From positions 1 to 57,655 of the forward strand of contig JAISGE010000182.1 in assembly GCA_031263265.1 (NCBI GenBank): a stretch of DNA of 57,655 bases. The letters run 5' to 3'. This stretch comes from Treponema sp. (GTDB taxonomy: Bacteria > Spirochaetota > Spirochaetia > Treponematales > Breznakiellaceae). The position numbers and the translations under genes were made by a program. Below the pieces are notes generated by a model that saw only the letters and a program-made list of their open reading frames with translations, had not been told where the DNA came from and did no database searches. Shown here in pieces: positions 18,739 to 27,719 of the stretch (its first letter is position 1; the number at the start of each line of letters is the position of its first letter).

Positions 18739-19593
18739 CTAAACACTCCCTTGAGCCGCCCGAATCAGATGGTTTATCAGCATACAGTTCGTTACCGAAC
18801 CAACACCGCCAGGTACCGGGCTAATAGCCTCTACCAAAGGTTCGACTTCGGCAAACTTCACATCACCACAAGTACCCTTACTCCCATCAGGTTTTGGGTT
18901 GACCCCTACATCCACCACCACCTGTCCAGCCCGGAAGGACTCTTTTCCTACACTTTCGGCCCGTCCCATAGCCACGACCACAATATCCGCTTCTTGGATC
19001 ACTGAAGCCATATTCTTGGTTTTTGAATGACAGATTGTAACGGTTCCGTTTTTTTTCAAAAGCAATAAGGATACCGGTTTACCAATTACCGTGCTCCGGC
19101 CAACTACCACCACCCGTTTCCCTGCAGGATCGATCTGGTAATGTTCAAGTATCTTGATAACCGATTCTGCGGTACAAGGGGCATAACCCTGGCTCGCATC
19201 CGCATATATCCCTGCCATAGAACCATCGGTAATACCGTCCATATCTTTCTTCGGCAACAGGGCTGCCCTTGCCGCATTGTCATCAATGTGTTTAGGCAAG
19301 GGACGAAAAAGTAATACCCCATGCACTCCCGAATCTTCATTGGCCTCCCGAATGACATCCAGTAATGCCTGCTGCGTGGTATCCTCAGGCAAACGGTAGT
19401 TCTTTACCGCAGCCCCAACCTCTTCACAGCGCTTGGTAGCCCCTTTCTCATAAGAAATATCAGGACCCTTTTCACCCACCCGGATAATACCCAAGGTCGG
19501 CGTGATCCCCTTAGCCTTGAGGGCCTCCACATCCTGTTTCATAGACGCAGTCAACGCCTCGGCTACTTCTTTTCCACTCAGTAACTTTGCCAT
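18739..19593 (-). CDS. folD: Bifunctional methylene-THF dehydrogenase / methenyl-THF cyclohydrolase
   Basis: Motifs 'GRSTVIGKPVSLLL' and 'PVPGGVGSVT'. 284 aa. Confidence 0.9.
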   Translation of the reverse strand: MAKLLSGKEVAEALTASMKQDVEALKAKGITPTLGIIRVGEKGPDISYEKGATKRCEEVGAAVKNYRLPEDTTQQALLDVIREANEDSGVHGVLLFRPLPKHIDDNAARAALLPKKDMDGITDGSMAGIYADASQGYAPCTAESVIKILEHYQIDPAGKRVVVVGRSTVIGKPVSLLLLKKNGTVTICHSKTKNMASVIQEADIVVVAMGRAESVGKESFRAGQVVVDVGVNPKPDGSKGTCGDVKFAEVEPLVEAISPVPGGVGSVTNCMLINHLIRAAQGSV

Positions 19594-19638
19594 TCTTGTT
19601 TCACCTCAATTAAGTTCCTCATACCCCTTGGTCCGGTT

Positions 19639-20274
19639 TTACTTGGGTTTTAATTGGTCTTTGACCCCCCTAAAGATCTTGTCTGCCAAGGGTTCATATT
19701 CAGCAAGCAACGTATCGGTTTCCCGGTTAATTTGCTCCGCATAGGCCCGGTCTTTCATAGCTTTGGTATTGATGTATACATTAAGACTTGCCCCTACCAG
19801 AGCCGCCTTACAGAATAACACCCCCACCCCTGCATCGCTGACCGCAAGACGGCTCCCCTTAGCCGCATATTCCTCTTGCAACAAAATCGCCTCGGCGCAC
19901 TTTTTCATAATTTCTAAGGGTACACCACACGCCGACTTCAACGCAGCCTCCATAACCAAGGCTTTCTCTGCCTTCTCTCCCTCTGTATTTTCGGGAAGCC
20001 CATAAGCCTTGGAAAGCGGTTCAAATTCCTCTGCGTCTTTTTGTACCAGTTCAAGCAGTTCCCCCTGCAACCGATCCGCATCTCGCTGTAGACGCACCAT
20101 ATCCGCTTCCACCGCGGCGTATTTCTTCTTCCCGATGGTTAGGGATCCTACCATGTTTCCCAGGGCGGTTCCAACCGCTCCCACCAGAGCCGACGCGCCA
20201 CCCCCCCCTGGTACCGGCGCCTTACTACCCAAAACAGCAATAAATTCTGCACAGCTCTTATTGGTTAAACTCAT
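19639..20274 (-). CDS. fchA: Cyclodeaminase/cyclohydrolase family protein (methenyl-THF cyclohydrolase-like)
   Basis: All-helical FTCD C-terminal-type protein with 'APVPGGGGASALVGA'. Sits between fhs and folD. Confidence 0.75.
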   Translation of the reverse strand: MSLTNKSCAEFIAVLGSKAPVPGGGGASALVGAVGTALGNMVGSLTIGKKKYAAVEADMVRLQRDADRLQGELLELVQKDAEEFEPLSKAYGLPENTEGEKAEKALVMEAALKSACGVPLEIMKKCAEAILLQEEYAAKGSRLAVSDAGVGVLFCKAALVGASLNVYINTKAMKDRAYAEQINRETDTLLAEYEPLADKIFRGVKDQLKPK

Positions 20275-20299
20275 CTTGAAACCACCCCCTCTTTATACC

Positions 20300-22033
20300 C
20301 TAGAATAGTCCGGATATTTTTCCTGTGTTATCCACGTCGATTTTTTCCGCGGAAGGTACTGGCGGCAACCCAGGCATGGTCATAATTTCTCCTGTAAGCG
20401 CAACGATAAAACCTGCTCCTGCAGAAATCTTAATGTTCCGTACCGTGAGCGTCCAACCTTTTGGTGCACCCCGCAGCGCCTGATCATCGGAGAAGCTATA
20501 TTGGGTCTTGGCCATACAAATCGGTACCTTGTCCATGCCAAGTTTCTCAAGCTGCTCAATCTGCTTTTGCGCATTCGGAAGAATATTGACATTCTCTGCA
20601 TGGTAGATATTCTTCGCAATCGCTTCGATCTTATCTTTGATTGATGCGTTTACATCATAGCTGAAGGTAAACTTATTCGGCTGCTCACACAGTCGAACTA
20701 CTTCTTCGGCCAGCTTTACCCCGCCTTCGCCACCTTTCGCCCATACTTCGGAAAGTACCACATTGGCACCTTTTTCCTTGGCCATTTTTTCAACCAGATC
20801 AAGTTCAGCCTTAGTATCTGTTGGGAAGGCATTAATCGCTACAACCGCAGGCAGATTGAAAACTTTCGTGATATTTTCGATGTGCTGAAGCAGATTCGGA
20901 AGCCCTTTTTCCAAGGCAGCAAGATTTTCTTTCCCCAGATCCGCCTTTGCTACTCCTCCATGATGCTTGAGCGCACGAACCGTAGCCACAATAACCACCG
21001 CATTAGGCTTAAGATCAGCCATACGGCACTTAATATCAAGGAATTTTTCCGCACCCAGGTCTGCGCCAAAACCCCCTTCAGTAACCACGTAATCTCCCAT
21101 CTTTAAGGCAAGTTTCGTTGCCATGATTGAATTACAACCGTGGGCAATGTTAGCAAAGGGACCCCCATGAATAAAGGCAGGTGTACCCTCCAGGGTCTGA
21201 ACCAGGTTTGGTTTGAGTGCATCTTTGAGCAACGCGGCCATTGCACCTTGGGCATTAAGCTGTGCAGCGGTTACCGGCTTCTCTGAACCGTCCGACTGTT
21301 TGCCATAGGTATAACCGACGATGATGCGACCCAAGCGTTTCTTAAGATCGTCGATGTCTGAGGAAAGACAAAGAATAGCCATAATCTCAGAAGCAACAGT
21401 GATATCGTACCCATCTTCCCGGGAGGCCCCGTTTGCCTTACCGCCTAAACCATCGACGATAAAACGAAGCTGCCGGTCGTTCATATCCACGCAACGGCGC
21501 CATATAATCTTGCGCGGGTCAAGGTTGAATTTATTGCCCTGATAGATATGGTTGTCGATCATGGCCGCAAGGAGGTTATTTGCCGCGCCAACTGCATGGA
21601 AATCCCCGGTAAAGTGCAGGTTGATGTCCTCCATGGGGATAACCTGCGCCCAGCCACCGCCAGCTGCACCGCCCTTAACGCCGAATACCGGTCCAAGCGA
21701 AGGCTCCCGAAGCGCCACCACGACTTTCTTCCCCAGTTTAGAAAGACCATCGGAAACACCCACGGTAGTTGTGGTCTTGCCTTCCCCTGCTGGTGTGGGG
21801 GTAATGGCAGTTACGAGAATGAGCTTGCCATTTGCTTTATCTTTAAGCTCATTGCTGAGATAATTGTAGTCAATTTTAGCCTTATAGCGGCCATACTGTT
21901 CGATATACTTCTCAGGAATGTCAAGTTTTTTAGCGATTTCCAAAATATCATACGCATGCTCAGGATACACTGCCTGTGCAATCTCGATATCGGAACCAAT
22001 AAATTTCTTTACGGCATCTGAACCTTTTGCCAT
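20300..22033 (-). CDS. fhs: Formate--tetrahydrofolate ligase
   Basis: FTHFS P-loop '[14 protein letters not shown]'. Start at ATG 22033 (MAKGSD) with AAGGAG 6 nt upstream. Confidence 0.95.
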   Translation of the reverse strand: MAKGSDAVKKFIGSDIEIAQAVYPEHAYDILEIAKKLDIPEKYIEQYGRYKAKIDYNYLSNELKDKANGKLILVTAITPTPAGEGKTTTTVGVSDGLSKLGKKVVVALREPSLGPVFGVKGGAAGGGWAQVIPMEDINLHFTGDFHAVGAANNLLAAMIDNHIYQGNKFNLDPRKIIWRRCVDMNDRQLRFIVDGLGGKANGASREDGYDITVASEIMAILCLSSDIDDLKKRLGRIIVGYTYGKQSDGSEKPVTAAQLNAQGAMAALLKDALKPNLVQTLEGTPAFIHGGPFANIAHGCNSIMATKLALKMGDYVVTEGGFGADLGAEKFLDIKCRMADLKPNAVVIVATVRALKHHGGVAKADLGKENLAALEKGLPNLLQHIENITKVFNLPAVVAINAFPTDTKAELDLVEKMAKEKGANVVLSEVWAKGGEGGVKLAEEVVRLCEQPNKFTFSYDVNASIKDKIEAIAKNIYHAENVNILPNAQKQIEQLEKLGMDKVPICMAKTQYSFSDDQALRGAPKGWTLTVRNIKISAGAGFIVALTGEIMTMPGLPPVPSAEKIDVDNTGKISGLF

Positions 22034-22058
22034 TATCTTCTCCTTACTATGGACAGGG

Positions 22059-22086
22059 TTATAGAAACTCACTACACCCCTACAAA
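22059..22086 (-). promoter_or_regulatory. Weak sigma70-type promoter candidate for fhs
   Basis: The minus strand reads TTGTAG-16 nt-TATAAC, 25 nt upstream of ATG 22033. Confidence 0.3.
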
Positions 22087-22117
22087 AAAAAGGGGTAACA
22101 TAAGCGTATACGCTACA

Positions 22118-22139
22118 GGAGGGAGAATTCCCCCTCCTC
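22118..22139 (-). other. Strong hairpin immediately after the metF paralog 1 stop
   Basis: Minus-strand RNA AGGAGGGGG-AAUU-CUCCCUCCU: a 9-bp stem that includes a G-U pair possible only on the minus strand. There is no adjacent U-tract. A U8 run lies about 37 nt downstream. Confidence 0.4.
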
Positions 22140-22145
22140 TCTTAA

Positions 22146-23066
22146 TTACGCCTTCTTCTGCCGAATACCAGAATTAAGGACGATTTGACCAACATCGACT
22201 GCCTTATTGAGCGCATAAAGATGAATGCCCTGAAGATCGGTATTCATATAACGCCATAGCGATCTGACGGTATATTCCATCCCGGCTTTCTTGAAATCCG
22301 CAGCATACTCTTTGACGACATTTTCAGCAGCACCCCGAGGCGGCGTATATTTACCGATAATAGCAGCAAGTTCTTTGGGGATCGAACAACCATTGGAAAC
22401 AGTCATATTAATGATCGGATCCCGGGCAAGAACCGGCATGAGTCCCATCACAAAAGGAATCGTAACACCAGCCTTACGACATTTGGCAACCCAGCGTTCA
22501 TATTCATCAATATCATGACAGAGCTGACACATGATAAACTCAGCACCTGCATCCTGTTTTGCCCGGATAAATGCGATATCGGCTTCAGGATTAACCGCAA
22601 GAATATGGGTCTCAGGGTCACCTGCTGCGGCAACGACAAGTTTGTCACCAAAGTTTGCTTTAATGAACTCAATGAGCTGATTAGCATTACTAAAAACACC
22701 ACCGGTAGTAGTGGCAAATTTACCCGTATTAGGATCTTTCGGGAAATCACCGCGCATCGCAAGAACATTCTCAAGACCAATGCCGATGTATTCATTGATT
22801 TCTTTCAGAATTCGCTCTTCTGAAGTCCCAATACAGGTGAAATGCGTCATACACGTAACTTTGTTATCAGCGATGTATTTGCAGATTTCCTGGCTTTTAC
22901 CAACATTAGTCCCACCCGCACCGTAGGTACAGCTAATAAAGTCAGGACTAAATTTGAACAGTTCATCAAGCTCTTTTTGCAACTTGGGAACACCATCGTT
23001 CTCTTTGGGGGGGAATACCTCAAAAGAAAACGTCATTCTCTTCTTGAGAATCTCTGTGATTTTCAT
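22146..23066 (-). CDS. metF: Methylenetetrahydrofolate reductase (paralog 1)
   Basis: MTHFR family: 'FSFEVFPPK', 'ISCTYGAGG', 'LAMRGD'. GGAGG RBS. Has its own consensus promoter. Confidence 0.85.
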   Translation of the reverse strand: MKITEILKKRMTFSFEVFPPKENDGVPKLQKELDELFKFSPDFISCTYGAGGTNVGKSQEICKYIADNKVTCMTHFTCIGTSEERILKEINEYIGIGLENVLAMRGDFPKDPNTGKFATTTGGVFSNANQLIEFIKANFGDKLVVAAAGDPETHILAVNPEADIAFIRAKQDAGAEFIMCQLCHDIDEYERWVAKCRKAGVTIPFVMGLMPVLARDPIINMTVSNGCSIPKELAAIIGKYTPPRGAAENVVKEYAADFKKAGMEYTVRSLWRYMNTDLQGIHLYALNKAVDVGQIVLNSGIRQKKA

Positions 23067-23109
23067 TCAATACCTCCGCAATTTTTCCTACTTCGTTCAG
23101 GAATAACCT

Positions 23110-23138
23110 ATTATACCCGCAGAAATATGCTATGTCAA
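23110..23138 (-). promoter_or_regulatory. Perfect-consensus sigma70-type promoter for metF paralog 1
   Basis: The minus strand reads TTGACA-17 nt-TATAAT (tgtcaa 23133-23138, attata 23110-23115). The -10 box lies 44 nt upstream of ATG 23066. Confidence 0.65.
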
Positions 23139-23389
23139 TGAAAATTATCTAAAAGTGAGATGCGTTAAATGACCCCACCTTAATAACCATTTTCTTGTTT
23201 CCATAACATATTCACCGGTAAAAACATTAAACCATAAAAGAGTACAATCCTCTGCACTTCGAGGAGGAGCAAGCAATTTCCTCACCTCTCAAACGCGCCT
23301 CTTTAGTACGGATACCAGAATCACCATCCTTAGTTTATGCGATTTACCATCCAAATGGTATTGCTCCTCTTTCTCCTTCTATCTATTTC

Positions 23390-24253
23390 CTATTTCTGAA
23401 CTCTAATACCTGATGCAAGCACAATCTTCGATACATCTTCGTGCTTGTTCAACGTGAAGATATGGATTCCATTAACACCAGCACTTATATAGCGATGCAG
23501 TTGCTCAACGGTGTACTCAATACCAGCCTTCTTGAAGCTCTCCGGGTCATCTCCGTATTTTCCCATAATAGCCGCAAGCTCTTTCGGAATCGAACAACCC
23601 TTGGCAATCGTCATACGGATGATAGGATCTTTAACCAGAATCGGCATAAGCCCCACGACAAACGGAACCGTTACTCCTGCCTTGCGGGCACGCTCAACAA
23701 ACCGCGAATAGGCATCTACATCATGACAGAGCTGTAACATGATGAATTCCGCCCCCACGTCTTGTTTGTTCCGCAGATGGACAATATCCGAATCAAAGCT
23801 GGGCGCCAAGATATGCTTTTCAGGATAACCTGCAGCAGCTAAACATATCTGGGGAAATGCTACTTTAAGAAAAGCAATCAATTTATTCGCATGATCAAAA
23901 TCACCACCCGTACCTTGCTGTCCCTTGGGAAAATCCCCTCGCATAGCCAATACATTTTCCAGGCCTATATCAGCGTACTCTTTAATGATCGTTTTAATAT
24001 CGCTGCAACTATTACCGATACAGGTAAAATGAGTCAGAATCTCATACCCACTCTTCTTAACCGATTCACAAACTTCTTTACTACGCCCCTTGTTCGTACC
24101 ACTAGCGCCGTAGGTACAGCTTATAAAATCAGGTTCAAAGCGATAGAGTTCAGATAGCGTCTTCAACAAAGGATCCATGGGTTGATCGTTTTTCGGGGGG
24201 AAAACTTCAAAGGAGAAGCTCAACCGTTTTTTTAAGATCTCAACAATTTTCAA
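23390..24253 (-). CDS. metF: Methylenetetrahydrofolate reductase (paralog 2)
   Basis: Same motifs as paralog 1 and roughly half the residues identical by eye. I prefer the TTG start at 24253 (LKIVEILKK aligns with MKITEILKK of paralog 1; GGGAGG lies 4 nt upstream) over ATG 24271. Confidence 0.8.
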   Translation of the reverse strand: MKIVEILKKRLSFSFEVFPPKNDQPMDPLLKTLSELYRFEPDFISCTYGASGTNKGRSKEVCESVKKSGYEILTHFTCIGNSCSDIKTIIKEYADIGLENVLAMRGDFPKGQQGTGGDFDHANKLIAFLKVAFPQICLAAAGYPEKHILAPSFDSDIVHLRNKQDVGAEFIMLQLCHDVDAYSRFVERARKAGVTVPFVVGLMPILVKDPIIRMTIAKGCSIPKELAAIMGKYGDDPESFKKAGIEYTVEQLHRYISAGVNGIHIFTLNKHEDVSKIVLASGIRVQK

Positions 24254-24421
24254 GTGACCTCCCAACTGCATAAGACGAACTTACCGGTGCCCCGATCTAA
24301 TCCGTATGACACGATTCAATAGCTTACCAAATTAGAATCATCATTTAAGTATTACCCTGCCGCCAATGATTACACCATTATATTCGAACAGGAAATACCT
24401 AAAACCTTCTATATATATTTT

Positions 24422-24449
24422 AGTATACCCTATAAAAACCCGTTGTCAA
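24422..24449 (-). promoter_or_regulatory. Sigma70-type promoter candidate for metF paralog 2
   Basis: The minus strand reads TTGACA-16 nt-TATACT. This implies a leader of about 160 nt. Confidence 0.5.
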
Positions 24450-24529
24450 GCAGATTCTTAGTATAAATGTACCATAAATTTAAATAGAATCCTATACCAA
24501 TTATACCTATTACGGTATACATTGAACTA

Positions 24530-24553
24530 GTTTCAAACCTGAAGTTTTGAAAC
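24530..24553. repeat. Palindrome copy c: GTTTCAAAC-ctgaag-TTTTGAAAC
   Basis: One arm mismatch relative to copy b; same spacer and same 3' flank AG. Lies 25 nt after the rluA-family stop and upstream of the metF2 promoter. Confidence 0.85.
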
Positions 24554-24580
24554 AGCCTCCATTGCCTGTTCCATTTTGTT

Positions 24581-25423
24581 CTAAAGGGTATAGCACCGAG
24601 GTACTCCTGAGACCGGATCGTAAAACCTAATCCCTTGAGCAATGAGGCCCAAGACCGGAAGTTCCACTCCATCCACATAAGCCGTATCAAAACAAGGTTT
24701 CCGCAGCAAGATAGCCTCTCCCGGTAAACCTCCATACAGGGTGTCATTGAGTATAGGATAGCCAATCCATGCTAAATGACAGCGGATCTGGTGACGAAAC
24801 CCCCGTTTAATCCGCAACCGAAAATAGCTATGTGCTACCGAAGGATCCTGGGGAGTATCGACGATAGAAGTTGCCCGAGGAACCGGTTCAATAATCTCGG
24901 TTATATAAGGTCTCCCTTGGTCCAGGGCACGGATCCTCCTAAACCTCCCCGGTTTTCCCAAAGCGTCCGAACCATCTTGAACTGGGAATACCACCGGACG
25001 TACTGTCTTACTTCCCGGACCATAGGGTCGAAAACCGCTCGCAATGACACAAGGAACATGGGAAAAGCCAGGGGGAAAACCCGGAAGCAGGTCGCAAGCT
25101 CCTTTTGTGGAGAATGCACGGTATTCCTTAATTATATACCCTGCTTCCTGCTGGGCTGAAAAACTGTGCAGGGCTGCTTGGGTCTTGGCAACCAGAACGA
25201 GACCCTGGGTTTCATAGTCAAGACGATGGACTATGCCCCCTTCCCATGGATGCCTTCCCTGCACTGTAAGTACCTGGGGAAAACGCTCACCGCACCAATC
25301 AAGAAGGGTCTCTTTGTGCCCGGATCTGCCAGCATCTCTTTTCAAAGGTACTGTGTGTACTCGAGGAGGCTTAAATACCACCGCATAAGCCGGCGTTTCA
25401 TCCAGCACAAAAGGACTACCCAT
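24581..25423 (-). CDS. RluA-family pseudouridine synthase
   Basis: Catalytic motif 'HRLDYETQGLVLVAKT' and 'RHQIRCHLA'. Confidence 0.8.
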   Translation of the reverse strand: MGSPFVLDETPAYAVVFKPPRVHTVPLKRDAGRSGHKETLLDWCGERFPQVLTVQGRHPWEGGIVHRLDYETQGLVLVAKTQAALHSFSAQQEAGYIIKEYRAFSTKGACDLLPGFPPGFSHVPCVIASGFRPYGPGSKTVRPVVFPVQDGSDALGKPGRFRRIRALDQGRPYITEIIEPVPRATSIVDTPQDPSVAHSYFRLRIKRGFRHQIRCHLAWIGYPILNDTLYGGLPGEAILLRKPCFDTAYVDGVELPVLGLIAQGIRFYDPVSGVPRCYTL

Positions 25424-25445
25424 ACACTCACTATACTAAAAGGGT

Positions 25446-26891
25446 TTACCGTCGCCAATATTCAGGAGAAAACAGGACAAACACGGTCCAGAGTTCCAGT
25501 CGTCCGGCAATCATCACCAAAGAGAAAATCCACTTGATATGATCAGGAAAAGCCCCGTAAGTACCACAAGGCCCAATCACTCCGAAACCGACCCCGATGT
25601 TCCCGGTAACCGAGATGGCCGCGCTGAATGCCGAGGACAGCTCTATCCCGGAAGCCGCGGTCATAAGGGTCGTGGCGGCGATCACCATAAGGTAGAGAAA
25701 CCCAAACCCTGCAACTCCATAGACTACATCCTTGCGACCCACCTTCCGATTAAGTTGTACACTAAAAACGCCTTGAGGATATATGAGTCGCCGCAACTCA
25801 TTGCCTGCTTGTTTCCAGAGCACTACATGGCGTATCACCTTGATGCCTCCTGCGGTGGAACCAGAACAGCCCCCGATAAACATGAGGATGAAAAGGATTC
25901 CCTGGGCAAAGGAAGGCCAGGCTGCGTAATCAGTGATGACCGCTCCAGTCGTAGAAAGGATTGAAGCGGTTTGATATACCCCGTAACGGGCAGCCCTGCC
26001 TACTGAGCCATAGACCTGTACCAGGCTTAGGGTAATCAGTCCAGAAGCAATACTAAAAATAAGCAGGTATGCCCGGGCTTCTGAGTTATGCCATAGATCC
26101 TTGAACGTACCGGTAAGTACCCGTACATAGAGGTTGAAATTAAGCCCGGCAAGAAGCATAAACACGGTAGAAATCAGATCGATGAACGGTGAATCATAAA
26201 AACTGAGTCCCTTGTTTTTCGTACTTACTCCTCCGGTAGCCATAGTGGTGAAGGCGTGACAGATTGCATCGAATCCGCTCATACCGCCAAGCAGGTAGAG
26301 TAGAAACAGGATCAGTGTAAGACCGCAGTAAACCAGCCAGAGTATCTTGGCTGTAGCCGTGATCTTGGGAGTAATCTTCTCCTTTTCAGGCCCCGGAGTC
26401 TCGGCTTTGATGAGTTGAAAACCTCCGACTCCCATAAGGGGCATGAGGGCCACGGTAAGCAGGATGATGCCCATCCCTCCAAACCAGTGCGTGGTACTCC
26501 GCCAAAAAAGGAGGACGTAAGGGAGGCGCTCCACATCGGAAAAGGTGCTTGCCCCGGTGGTGGCGAAGCCACAGGCGCTCTCAAAAACCGCATCAGTGAA
26601 ACTAATGCCCTGCCCTGCAAGGTAATAGGGAAAGGCCCCCAAGAGGCTTATGCCAATCCAGGTGAGAAAAACCAGGAAGAAGCCGTCCTGCTGACCAAAC
26701 TGGAAGCGTGTTTTTTTGTAAGCCCAGAATGCAGGCAAAGCGCAAGCCAGGGTAATACCCAGGGGGATGGCAAAGGCCCGTATCAGGAGGAATTCACCTG
26801 AGACCAAGGCCATCCCAAAAGCCGGAAGCATCATAGGGACGGCAATACCCAGGGTGAGGGCACTTATACGAAGGAGCATCAACCATTTCAT
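25446..26891 (-). CDS. trkH: TrkH/KtrB-family potassium uptake protein
   Basis: Polytopic membrane protein with repeated pore-loop glycine motifs (TTGAS, ATGG, STTG, STAGGIK). Confidence 0.85.
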   Translation of the reverse strand: MKWLMLLRISALTLGIAVPMMLPAFGMALVSGEFLLIRAFAIPLGITLACALPAFWAYKKTRFQFGQQDGFFLVFLTWIGISLLGAFPYYLAGQGISFTDAVFESACGFATTGASTFSDVERLPYVLLFWRSTTHWFGGMGIILLTVALMPLMGVGGFQLIKAETPGPEKEKITPKITATAKILWLVYCGLTLILFLLYLLGGMSGFDAICHAFTTMATGGVSTKNKGLSFYDSPFIDLISTVFMLLAGLNFNLYVRVLTGTFKDLWHNSEARAYLLIFSIASGLITLSLVQVYGSVGRAARYGVYQTASILSTTGAVITDYAAWPSFAQGILFILMFIGGCSGSTAGGIKVIRHVVLWKQAGNELRRLIYPQGVFSVQLNRKVGRKDVVYGVAGFGFLYLMVIAATTLMTAASGIELSSAFSAAISVTGNIGVGFGVIGPCGTYGAFPDHIKWIFSLVMIAGRLELWTVFVLFSPEYWRR

Positions 26892-27007
26892 ATACTGAAT
26901 AGTATAGTACAGTACAGGTTAAAGGGAGCACCACGGATGCTGTATGAGGGATGGGCATAAATCGATCGGTACGTGGTACTATAAAAAATCCGTGTATCTA
27001 GTCTATT

Positions 27008-27664
27008 ATGGCTCCGGAGAGCATAGAGAGCATGATTGAATTAGTAGCTTTTTTAGGAAACCCCGGCAGGGAATATACCCACAACAGGCATAATACAGGA
27101 CGCCTGCTTGCAGAAGTGCTTCCTTTTTCTAAAACCTTGCATTGGCAGCAGAAATACAAAGGATTATACGCGAGCATGGATGGGAGTACTCTGCAGGAAT
27201 ATCAAAAAGAGATGGGCGTATCTGCGCCGGTATCCTCGGAGGAAAAGCCCATTCCCCATAAGGTACATTTCTTGTTACCTGAAACCTATATGAATTTCTC
27301 CGGGGATTCGGTATATGCGGCAGCTTCTTTTTGCAAGATTCCCCTAAGGAATATTCTTGTGGTTCACGATGAGCTTGAGTTACCCTTGGGAACTGCGGCA
27401 TATAAGTTTTCCGGGGGATTGGGAGGACACAACGGACTCCGTTCTATGAAGGCTAATTTCGCAATCGGAGATTTCTGGCGGCTTCGCATCGGTATTGGCC
27501 GGCCTCCGCATACGGATGTAGCCGACTGGGTACTTTCGGATTTCAGCCCTGATGAAAAAACGGTTCTTACCCGCGTCCTTGATTCCTGTGCCCAAGCTCT
27601 GATGCATACGTTGGTATACGGACCAGAATCCCTCCTGCCTGAATGGAACAAGAAGCAGCTCTAA
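27008..27664 (+). CDS. pth: Peptidyl-tRNA hydrolase
   Basis: Signature 'FLGNPGREYTHNRHNTG' and 'GHNGLRS'. Contains an insertion of about 25 aa (GSTLQEYQKEMGVS...). The start may be ATG 27032. Confidence 0.85.
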   Translation: MAPESIESMIELVAFLGNPGREYTHNRHNTGRLLAEVLPFSKTLHWQQKYKGLYASMDGSTLQEYQKEMGVSAPVSSEEKPIPHKVHFLLPETYMNFSGDSVYAAASFCKIPLRNILVVHDELELPLGTAAYKFSGGLGGHNGLRSMKANFAIGDFWRLRIGIGRPPHTDVADWVLSDFSPDEKTVLTRVLDSCAQALMHTLVYGPESLLPEWNKKQL

Positions 27665-27690
27665 TGAGCCACCGTATATGCAGTATTTTT

Positions 27691-27718
27691 GGGGAAGGGC
27701 TTTTTTATGTCCTTCCCC
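27691..27718. terminator. Inverted repeat between convergent pth and fliJ
   Basis: GGGGAAGG-12 nt-CCTTCCCC. No clean U-tract follows on either strand. Confidence 0.4.
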
Positions 27719-27719
27719 C

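Noticed and set aside
16465-22033. Possible selenocysteine (in-frame TGA) or frameshifted Wood-Ljungdahl genes.
   Set aside because: All WL ORFs are full length and uninterrupted. The one enzyme expected to use Sec in such organisms, formate dehydrogenase, is not in this window.
23264-23369. 9-bp long-range inverted repeat GAGGAGCAA...TTGCTCCTC enclosing about 88 nt in the metF2-metF1 spacer.
   Set aside because: A single 9-bp match within a spacer of about 320 nt has a rough chance expectation of 0.1-0.2. It also lies upstream of the metF1 promoter, so it would be in the metF2 3' UTR at best.
18361-24580. Known riboswitch classes (THF, ZTP/pfl, SAM, cobalamin B12-box, NiCo) in the leaders of acsA, fhs, metF1 and metF2.
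   Set aside because: I could not find hallmark conserved cores by eye, such as a B12 box or the ZTP CCGCCUGGG-type segment. A covariance-model scan is needed, so no riboswitch is claimed.
26891-26906. 16-bp palindrome TATACT-gaat-AGTATA at the trkH start, in the divergent pth region.
   Set aside because: It is short and AT-rich, resembles overlapping -10 boxes of divergent promoters, and is a single occurrence. There is not enough evidence to call it an operator.
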